A stretch of 64,000 nucleotides of DNA from Paragordius varius. Its lineage: Eukaryota; Animalia; Nematomorpha. Location of the stretch: assembly GCA_964247055.1 (NCBI GenBank), contig OZ176050.1:10664001-10728000 (forward strand), in the 5' to 3' direction. Shown here piece after piece: positions 41,052 through 51,600 of the stretch; the stretch's first letter is position 1, and the number at the start of each line of letters is the position of its first letter. Both the position numbers and the translations under genes were made by a program. The notes beneath the pieces were generated by a model. It did no database searches and had not been told where the DNA came from. It worked only from the letters and a program-made list of their open reading frames with translations.

Positions 41052-44000
41052 ACCATTGATTACCCTTGTGTAAAATTAAGTGTTTTAACATTTTACATCT
41101 CTAATCATTATATACAACCCAAAACATAGCTTAAATTAAAATATATTCAAAATATGTACATCAAAAATATTAAATATTTCAGTTTTCTAAATAGATTTAA
41201 TTTTCATTATATAAGCTTTTTTACCAAAATAAAAAATTTGATAGCTTTTACCTTTAGATAACACATATATAAAACGAAATTATATAGACACCTTAAACTA
41301 AAATTTTTTTTAAAAAAATGACCATATTTTATTTTTCTAAAATAAACCTATCTTTTTTGGTTGCAAAATTAAAAATAAAGATGTATAGTGGTATTCCATT
41401 AAAATATTTTATAATTTTGATATAAAAAATCAAGATATATAGAGTGGCAGTCTGTATAAAATATAGTTGTCCTGTGTTTTTACGTTTTACTTTATAATTT
41501 TAATTTTTACTATGTGAAAAGGTCGACAAATTGCCATATTCAAAAGATGACTTAGAAATACCAAAATCAAATTCGCCACATCCGCAAGGTACACCCCCAC
41601 GTGGATTTAGTCTTAAACCAGAAACCGAGCCTGTAGATCCCAGATGGATTCCTATGCTAGAGTGCAAATTTCTGATGGTTGCCCGTGATCGGTAATAACT
41701 CCTTTTTTATAGAAATCGTTGTTATATCCGCTTTATTAAGCATTAATATTCCTCCACTAAAATCAGATTCTTGTCTTTTTTGCTTTCACACAGTCAAGGG
41801 TTTTTTATTAGTCACTAATTTATGTAACGCAATTTTTTAGCATACGGTGGCTAATCGTAGGTTAGTTTCGTGAAATGTATATCTAAATATTACCATAAAA
41901 AATAAATCATATATGGCGTAAAAACATTTCTTGGGAATGAATTTTAATCCGATTGTTTTATAAATTATGAATCATTCTAGATCAGATCCTGGGAGAAAAG
42001 GTGTTTTCGTAAACCCCTTAGTACCGAGGAATGAAATGAGCCCTCAAGAGGTTGATTTATTTAATTTGGGTCTGGCTAACAATGTACGAAGGCAAAAAGC
42101 ATCACAAGAATCCCTGTTAAAAGTTGCCCCGAACGAAGGGGAACGAAATATAATGCATGAACTTTTTATGGAAACTATTGATCCGGCTGCTGGAACATTT
42201 AAACATAGGTTTTTATCACATTATAAAAATTAAGTAAATAGGTATTGGAATAGTCAGTGGTTTTTTATGTACGAATCACAATATAAAGAGTAAAATACAA
42301 ACCTATTTTTACATCTTATATTTTTATGTACCGTATACGATTTCTATTGAATGTGTGTTAACAATATATGAAGTTGAGTCTATTAACTTATTAAGGATCT
42401 AAAAAATATTTTACTGTTCCTGTTTTAATTGCCCTGTTTTTAAATAACTTTTAACTTTACATATTTCTTACCATTTACTATCTTAATCTGTTTTTGCCCC
42501 GACTGATAAATATTTAGAATGACTAATCCTTTATGAAAATAGCTCTTTAAATATATATTTTTTAGGTTTATCTATATAAATTTATATTTTTTTGATAATA
42601 TTTCCTCAGATATCTACCATCAAAATGTAGATGGATGGAGGATACAATCATCAAGACAGTCCTTATTTGTCAACCTATGGTATGTGATAATTAATTATGG
42701 CCCACAATTAAAAAATCTTTTCGACAATTAAGTTTTTAAATTTTAAAAAATGTTATATGCATAAATTTTAATTTGTTCATTTCTTCTTGATAGATACTTT
42801 TGTAAAAATAATTTTTAATAGCGATTTTAGTTATTTTATTATATCACTTATCATAACTTTTATTGTCCTAAACAAAATTTTATGCACACAAAAACTTCCA
42901 AAAATTATACTTAATCAATAATTAGATGAATAAACATCCATGATTTTTTGTAATTATGTAAGGAACGTAATTTAAACAACACAATATTTGGGGGTTTTCT
43001 CATGCGTCAAGCCTTTGAACTGGGTTGGGTCACAGCGTACTCGTATATGAAGGTCCGACCTCGTATACTTCGAGTCGAGGATATCGTTTTTAAGCAATCT
43101 GTTTCAATCGGTTCTATACTGTATTTATCGGGACAGGTTTTAAATTTATATATCAATATATATATATATATATATTTTATATATAAAATAGACTATTCAT
43201 TAAAGACCTTTATTTACAAACCATCGAAAAACGGATTTGCTTTAGATTTTTTTATTTAAATAATGTATAATGAGAGAAAAAAAGTTTATTTTAGATTTCG
43301 ATGATAAAAATACCTGTAAAATACATGGCGTATGGGATTTTACTTATTTAAAACTATAATGAATTTTATTATTTCAATGAAATTTTTTTTTATCAGTATT
43401 TTTTATATATATTTAACCAGTTAACTATACTATGAGTAAATAAGTAGTATTTTTAGACCCATATTCTCCGGGGATCGGAACTTTAACCGTTTTATAAAAC
43501 TGAAACCATGTGGTTTTTTTGGGACTGCTTTGGAACCAAATAATTTTACAAAATCATTTTTTAAAAAAATTTTATAAATATATTCTTCGATTTAAATTTC
43601 TTGACACAAAAACCATATTTTTTTTATTTTTTTCTGCATGTTTCGCGATTCAAAAAAGCATCAAAAACATTTTTTTAGTTTATATATAAACTTACATTTT
43701 TGTTAAATATCACCCAAATAGGTTCACATAATAAGCTGTCTCTAAGTTTTTAAAAAAGTGAAATCGTAATTAGAACCATTTGACTGAAATGGAATTAAAA
43801 CTTGAGATTTAAATTTAAGAACCGGAACCAAAGATCCAATCTTTTATATATCTGTTTTCTCTAATGTGAAAAATGTGTGTGCGTGTGTGTGTTGCTACAG
43901 TAGAGGTCGACTATTTGCAATATTGTAAATAAAACTTCTCCATAAATTGCGGACTGTTGAGTTCAGCCAAGGTTGCGTGGGTTTCTTGTTGAATAATAAT

Positions 44001-44763
44001 TCTTATTGATAGATTTATCGATTATGTAATTTCACAGTTTATAATCAAATATTCCCTTTGTTAACAAAGAATACCTTTACAACAAAAAAACCTATCATTA
44101 AACCATTTAACACATACATTAATTACATAGGTCGTATTTACTTGTGGGAAACATGTGATGGTAAAAGTGCATTCAGAAATGAAGGATATGTCAACTGGGG
44201 ATAAAGTCACATGCACTATTCTACATTTATTATTTCAACCATCTACCTTACCTGTATCAGCTGATGCGATAGATTTGGACCAAAAATCTTTGTTGGAAAA
44301 CATTGTTGCGAAAAACAAACAGGAATCTAAATATAATAAAAATGAGCATTTTATACATTATATGGAAGATTTACCGCCAAGGGTGATTCCAAGATCTTAT
44401 GGAGGTTTTTGCAATTTTTTTTAATAATGATATTGCCTTGTAAAAATAAAATGGAATCAATCTTTTTTTATTATAAATATATTAAATGTAGTTAATAGCA
44501 AATTTATGATATAAAACAAGAGACATTTTTATTTTATATTATGAAATTCTTCGTCAATAGTAATCTTTGACTATTGTGCAAGGTACTCATTATCGGGCAT
44601 TATTATTCGACTTGGGGTTCTTACTGGATATTGAATTAAACTCTAATTAAAAAGAGCAAATTTGTTTTCATATTAATTAGCCAATTTATAGCAAATTTTT
44701 TTATCTTCTTTAGAAATGATGTTATATATCATGGGAAAACGACACTACCTTAATGAAGTGTAA
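39183..44763 (+). CDS. ACOT9: Acyl-CoA thioesterase 9/10-like (double hotdog), about 494 aa, 11 exons
   Basis: Exons 39183-39252, 39276-39321, 39457-39662, 39825-39914, 40732-40838, 41522-41691, 41981-42208, 42610-42679, 42963-43136, 44131-44404, 44714-44763 (1485 nt). Motifs LPVRRMRDSY, IRFGRLLEDLDAFA, MVTALVDKI, TWVGSTSMEI, ERNLNNTIFGGFLMRQAFELGW, VIPRSYGEMMLY..G.RH. Confidence 0.93.
41003..41047. repeat. (AT)n microsatellite (others near 4622, 7955, 18805, 47893, 55718, 60160)
   Basis: Uninterrupted TA dinucleotide run. Confidence 0.95.
43863..43995 (-). mobile_element. Short RTE 3'-end copy with (CA)n tail
   Basis: Reverse complement of 8860-8985 (cccacgcaaccttggctgaact..gtcgacctc..acacacacgcacacac). 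Confidence 0.8.
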
Positions 44764-45355
44764 AACCGGCAAACAAATATCCAAAGCTTAAATACATATA
44801 TAAATTATGCCTAATGAAGAAATAATACATACTCTATTTAATAATAGCCAATCTTTAGCTCTAATTATTTATATTGTATGATTATAATAAAATATATATA
44901 TAAGTATGAATAAATTATTATAACAAATTCAATAGAAAAGGTTATATATTCCAGGGTTCAATTGGGCCGATATTTCAATTAGTATTAAAGTTTTCTAAAA
45001 ACTAAATCGTCGGTTCTTTTAGTAGCGGTTTTAGAACCGATTTAGAATTATACATATGAATAAATAGATATTTTTTTGTTGTTATAAGATAATAAAATTT
45101 CAGTTTGCTTTTTTGTTGTGTTGCATTCAGACAAAAGCTGTTTCTTGATGAGTACAATTTTTTATAGCGTTTACAGCATGGTTTAGTTAATGGCATATTT
45201 ATACAAAAAATATCAATTACATATTTAAGAGGTATTTTAACTTTAAATAATCATTGGGAGTTTTCCCAAAATATATAAGAATTCATAATTATGTATGCTT
45301 ATAATTTAATACACCCATAAAAATTAAACTTGTTTTAGAGATACAGTTTCTTAAT

Positions 45356-45590
45356 TTAATAAGCCCAAGAAAAACGTAATCTACTTTGGAAGGACATTTT
45401 TTATAAGGAATGTATATCCAATTTACTTCGTAAATGCAGCATTACTGCCGTTTCCTCGCTATATATATTATAAACTCACTTCTTTAATTAACCATTCTTT
45501 TTCGTTCGCTTCAATGGCCGGGTTCGCATAAAGAACACCGGTCATATAACAGCATTTGTAATTACCTGTGTTACCAAAGAAACATAAAGG
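45356..45590 (-). CDS. Possible small unidentified gene fragment
   Basis: GC-richer island; minus frame NPLCFFGNTGNYKCCYMTGVLYANPAIEANEKEWLIKE ends at a strong donor gtgagt (45479). After a 21-nt GT-AG interval it continues RGNGSNAAFTK to a donor gtaaat. No start exon found. Confidence 0.3.
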
Positions 45591-46586
45591 ATTCTTATAT
45601 ATTAGAAAAAGAGTTTAAATGATAAAATTTAGCCCACTTAATTCACGGCATGTTAATTGTTTTATTATATTTTTAATTATTTATAAAATATTTTTCCAAC
45701 CAAATAAACAAGTTCGGCTTTAAATCAAAAAAAGGCATTTAACATGAATCCATGTTTTACAGAGGTGAAAGTGGAACTTACAAAAAATGTTTAAACAAAA
45801 AGATGTTTGACTATTATATATATATATATATATATGCCATTTCTTCCTTGAACATTTCAAGTTGTTCTTGAACACTTTAAATCGATCCTTGAACATTAAA
45901 AGCGGTCCTTAAATTTTTTAAATTTGGATTAAAAAATTTTTGCATGTATTTTTTTATTTATTATTTTTTACCTTAAATTTGGTTTATTTATTATGTATTA
46001 ATTCATTTAAAATATATTTTTAATTTAAATACCACTTTTTTGTTTCAACTAACTTTTTCTTATTTAACAATATCCTTAAATTATAAATGTTTTTAACGAA
46101 AATTGTAATTAATAACCCAGATCATATTTTATAATTACGTGTTGAAATTTTATTAATATTTAAATAATTTTTTAAATAAAGATATATGGTTTCGGAATGA
46201 TTAAAAGTTAAGGTTAAAGAATGGATTAAAAATGATAAAATAGATGAATGATGCACGCATAGCTACAACTAACACGCATGCTACCCTCCGAGGCATTATG
46301 TGCGGCCCGCGAAAAACTTAAAACTCCATATTTTTCAAAATGTGTTCACAAAATCTTAGTAAAATGAGTATTTTTAAACGAATTTTTAAAATATGTCCAT
46401 CCATAGACAAAGAACTACAGAAAAATGTTATATTGTGTATTCTTTTAACAATTTTATGTTTGGGATCTATTAAAAAATTTATTATGCATAGGATGGACAC
46501 CTCTAATATACAGTAATTATTGGTTGCAATCATTTATTAAAATTCTCTAAATTCATCTGTATAGCCATATAAATTATTATTGTATA

Positions 46587-47875
46587 TTAATCAGTTTTAT
46601 TTTTATATTCAACATCCCGGGCAATGAAGAAGGGAAAAGGATTCGAATATGAGAAACTTTCCGGTTGTGGTGGCAATTTATCATATTCGCCATTCCAAGC
46701 TGCTTGTATCGTGGCCATTCTCATGTACATTAGCCTTTGGCTCTGTGATTTTAACGATATAAATATATATGTAAGCATGTATTTTTTTATAGTATTTTTG
46801 CATTGTTATAAAAAATTCAATTAATATTCTTTGTCTGCATAATATAGTAAATTTCACAAATCCTGCAAATTTCACATAGTTTATAATGCGTATCATTAGT
46901 CATATGCAGTATGAGTTGGTCATCGCATGATATCAAATTGAAAACCAAAATCAGATTAATTAAAAGAACAGGATATCCCACATTACTATATGGGTGTGAA
47001 AGCTGGACATTGAAAAAATATGACGAAGGATTAATAATTTTTTTAACTGTAAGTATGGAGGGATCTTCTCCACACAAAATGGTCAGACAAAATACCCAAC
47101 TCTACTCTATTGAACATATTCCCTAAATATCTCTACTTCGCACCCTAATATGCCAAAAATTCTTTACTTCGGTCACATCGTGAGATCCAACCCACTCAAA
47201 AAGTCACTGATGCTGGGAAAAGTGAGTAGTGCTCGCAAAAGAGGAAGAAGAAGAACTCGTTGGATGGATAACATCCTGAAAGAAAAAGACCAAATATTAG
47301 CCCAACAAAACGCTAGATCTGCTATATGCAATCGTGGAAAAAATTATGTTGCAGTTAGTCGGACAACAAAATATCAATATCAGTATGAGTTAAATACATA
47401 GCCAACTTTTCATTAATAATTGCCAAATAGTAATTGCTGAGTACTGGCAATTAGGTACATAGCTCTATTGAGGTTGAATTGAACTGTGGGCGTTAGTACC
47501 TCGCATAAAGGTACTTGTACTAAGATGCCGGACAATATGCTGATCTCCAACCCGAAGCCCAAGTCCCGGGAATAGTCTTCTTAGTGATCGAGTTCAGTAG
47601 GGCAAGATACCGGACAAGCTAGTTTACCAAATATCAAACACGATATCCCTGATGCCCAAGAAACCAATGACTCATCTGATCCCATTAGCAATAAAAAACA
47701 ATAATAACAAGCTAATAAGAGCCTCAAGTTAGAACAAGAAGCTAACCGGAGGGACAGAGAAAACCGCCAGATAGACTTACAATAAATTAAAATTAAGGAA
47801 AATATGTAATTTATCTTCTATATTATTATCTATTGGCCTTATATAAATTGACGTTTGTTTGTTCGTAAAATTAAC

Positions 47876-47922
<47 letters not shown>

Positions 47923-48568
47923 TGCACACCTTATAACTAATTAATCACGCATATATATGACACAATTTATATTATTCATAATTTTTATGGAAATTCGCCA
48001 TTAAATGACGGTACACCCGTTTTTTCCAGTCTTTTCTTAATCTGGCTAATTCTAGATATAAATTAAGCGATTGGAAGTTTTGTTATTTGTGTTGAGCCAT
48101 GAGGTATGCGGTCGGCCATTGAGACAAATATATTATATGATAAACTCTCCGTCTAAGAGTATATCCCAATTTATTAATTATATACTCGTAAAAGAAAAGC
48201 TCTCACCTTATAGATATAAAATTATTTTTTGAACCGTGCAATTTTATCATTAGTTGAATAAAAACTGTCAGGAAGTTTAAAATTTTAAATAAATAGAAAC
48301 CATATAACCATGAATTAATTTACATAAAAATCAATTTTAATAATTTACGATTTTATATTTACGGGTACATTCAACATAATCCTCCAATTCTTCAGCACAA
48401 TTTCTGGTGACATTAAGTGGCCCATAAGCTGCCATGCACCTTGCCAATTGACTCTCAAACATAGTACATATGGCTGGCTAAAAATTTTATAAACTTTGTT
48501 TTTACTTTATGAGGCCTGTTAAGGTAATCAAAATCCGTAAAAGGTGTATAGAATACAGGCGTGATCAT
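46587..48568 (-). CDS. NDUFS5: Complex I subunit NDUFS5 (15 kDa, twin CX9C), 115 aa, 3 exons
   Basis: Exons 48568-48506, 48477-48349, 46742-46587. MITPVFYTPFTDFDYLNRPHK-PAICTMFESQLARCMAAYGPLNVTRNCAEELEDYVECTRKYKI-SQRLMYMRM..PPQPESF; two CX9C pairs and the TP..P.TD N-terminus of invertebrate NDUFS5. Confidence 0.9.
46890..47370 (+). mobile_element. RTE LINE 3' fragment in NDUFS5 intron 2
   Basis: [53 protein letters not shown]. Confidence 0.85.
47445..47830 (+). mobile_element. Possible Ty3/Gypsy remnant (integrase tail, PPT-like tract, LTR start)
   Basis: GC-richer island reading ..RTRS*PEGQRKPPDRL, resembling R-x-R-K-P-P-x-R-L integrase tails, followed by purine-rich aaggaaaa and tgtaat. 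Confidence 0.35.
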
Positions 48569-48680
48569 AGCTTAATCAGCCTTGTAAAACATATTATAGT
48601 TAGCTCGTATGATCAAATTAAAAGATTCTTGAAAAATGTATTGCACTGAATAAAATTGCCTGTAACAGTTGAAAAAACGG
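48569..48680. promoter_or_regulatory. Compact bidirectional promoter region NDUFS5 / MBOAT
   Basis: Only 112 bp separate the two divergent ATGs (48568 minus, 48681 plus). Confidence 0.7.
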
Positions 48681-51600
48681 ATGGAGGAATTATTGGTACC
48701 CAGTTACAAGGGGTTTAAGACTCTAGAACCCCTGATATATTATTTTCCGTTGCCGATCGATCAAGTTTTATATCATATAATTTAAGCTTAATTTTGTAAT
48801 TACTCAAATATTTGGCCTTTTTGTGGCCTTTTTTCTAAGGCAAGTCTTAAGACCATTTAAAGTTTCCACTAACTACCGGTTATTGTATTGCCTGGTATTT
48901 GGATTCTCGTTTTTATATTTTTGCTTCGGCAAGTTGATTTTTCCATCTAATATAGCGATATCCTTCATGTGCTATTGGTTTGCTCAATTTCTTATATATT
49001 GATTCGACAATCATTGAATTTTCAACATTTTCACATGTAAAATTTTATTATATTAAAATTTTCATGAATTGCTCTTATGTTAATTTGTAAACCTTTAGAG
49101 TATTGGCTGTGTTCACTTTTAGCTACCTCACATTCGTTCATATCTCTAGGATGGCAAGCTCTTATCATACATATTCTTTAGATATTACTGGGTTTTTATT
49201 ATTTATATAACTGATTTTAGTATATATATACTAAAGTGTGATTTGTTTTTTTAATATAGCCAGATAGCCTATTATTCAGCAAAGAGCATTATTATTGGTG
49301 AATAAAACCTAAAAGCGAAAAAATAAACTTAAAGCCATATTTGCTAGCGCTATCTGGCAAAAATTAATAAAAAAACTAACAATGTATATTTACTTATATT
49401 GTAAATGAAAATATATTTTTATTTTAGCCCTCTAATGGTTATGACCCAAAAATTGACAAATTTAGCATTTAGCCTCCATGATGGATTGTATATTGAGAAA
49501 TCTCTAAAACACAAAAAACAACAATTAACTCCTTTGTTGGAGCGACGTGCAATAAAGTTAATACCTTTTTTCTACTAATTTTTATATATTTTTTAAGATG
49601 CACTGTTTACACTTAAAATTTTTCATATCATAATATGTATGAATTTCTGTATTTCATAATTTACCTAATATCTTTATATATCATATAAATTTTTAACTTA
49701 CATAAGGTTTTTTACGCTAATTGCAATAAATAGCCCAGATTTTTTTGAAATTGACTGAAGAACGTTCTGAATAAAAAATTGACTTTGAATTAAAATTTAA
49801 AAATATAGGTGTAAAGATAATTTATCGATCAAAGTTTAATAAAATCACATGTATTGAGAAATTAAAGTGAACATTTTTCAGCAAAACTATCTACATATAA
49901 TATTTTTCATTTATAGGAAAATACCAACAATATTAGAGTTTTTTAGTTATTGTTTTCATTTCCAAACGGTATTGGCTGGTCCGCTTTGTTTTTACAAGGA
50001 TTTTATGGAATATATCAATGGACATAATTTTATAAAACATTACCAAGGTATTTTGGGTGTTTTTATTTGTGCATTAAATGCTTTTATCTAAAATGTATAT
50101 AATATAAAGGCTTCGAATTTTTAAGCTATCAATTGGTTTATTTCAACCCTTTTTATTGCTATTTATTATTTGTTAATAATTATAAAAAGATTAGTATAAT
50201 ATATTTACTTTAAAAAATTTGTTAACTAAAATTGTGTTTCGTTTGGCCGTTTATAGTCTCCCATTTTAGCTAAGAAATAAAATGCAATTAATAACGATAT
50301 TATTATAAAAGCTCGACCCTCGATGCATAAACCCAAATATATGGCAATTTCGAGATTACGATTAATCTTGTATTATCCGTAATTAGTCAATTTTCAAAAT
50401 TGATTTGATAAAAGTTAAACTTGCTATAATATTAAACATTTCATAATTGTTTGTCAGTCTGATTGTTTTGATATCGAATAAATATGTTATAAGCTCATTT
50501 ATACAATATGGTTTTTAGTTATAGCCTCAAATTTCATATAGGGTTGAAACATAATCGTATCCTCATAAAAATATGTTTTTGGGTTATATTAGACATCGAA
50601 AAGCTCTTTGTCTTTATTTAAAAAATTTTCTAATAATATCTTAATTTATCAACATTTAAGTATTTTCTCATCATTTATAACAAAAAATTATTATAAATAT
50701 TACATTATTAATAGTAAATATTTTGCTCGCAACCTTATAATCATATATCCATTTATAACATGTTAAGAAATAAAAGAATACCAAATTACACCCCGTGCAA
50801 ATATTAATGATACCACCTACAATAATATCTTAAATAATGGAAACCATGCGGAAATTGGGATCAAAAAAGGTTCATTTAAAACAAATACCGCCTTAGAAAC
50901 TAAAAATTCTGCCGACAATGATATTGTCAAACAGCGAAAAATATCAGAGAATGAGGAATTATATGAGCCACATGAAATGTTTGAAGCATGTAACCGACAT
51001 GCCTCTATTTTGGTATATAAATTTTGTTAAATCATTTATAATTAATTATTTTAATAGAGTACTAATATTCATATGTAATATTTTTTAGTTTAAGTGACCT
51101 TCTCTAGTATATATGGTTTTATTTTGTTTAAATCTATCAAATAAAATTAAGCGATATTATATTTTTTTATTAATTTTAAAACTAATGTCACATCGTGAAT
51201 TTGGCTTTAAATTATTATTTTAATTTAAACTTTTTGTCATTTAAATTATATTTTTGATTTACCAAAAAACTGGCTTTACGTTTGATCGAATTTACCTAAT
51301 TTTTTGATGTAATACTATTTCATTATAGAAACCATTTTGTCAAAAAGGTGCAACTTGTATTGCCTTAGCAATTGTACTTCTCAAAGTCAAACCACTTTTT
51401 CCCATCGATTTGAATTATAGTAATATCATTTGTTATGTAATATTCAAATGAAACAAATTAATTTAAATCAATGTAAGTGATATATAACGATCATAAATTT
51501 TGTTCATTTTCTAAGCCCTGTTTTCTGATTTCCCCCTCTAATTTTAAATAAACAGCTCTTTAAACTATTTACTTTTTTCACGGACTTAAGGTTCATCATC

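Noticed and set aside
40850-41056. ORFs containing YIYIYI runs (also 60051-60440 and the tail of 55528-55773)
   Set aside because: Artefacts of (AT)n microsatellites.
45480-45565. V-ATPase subunit e identity for the CCYMT-containing frame
   Set aside because: Only CCYMT..NP matches; the preceding transmembrane helix is absent.
46624-46824. Plus-strand ORF MKKGKGF.. with a gtaagc donor
   Set aside because: Antisense shadow of NDUFS5 exon 3.
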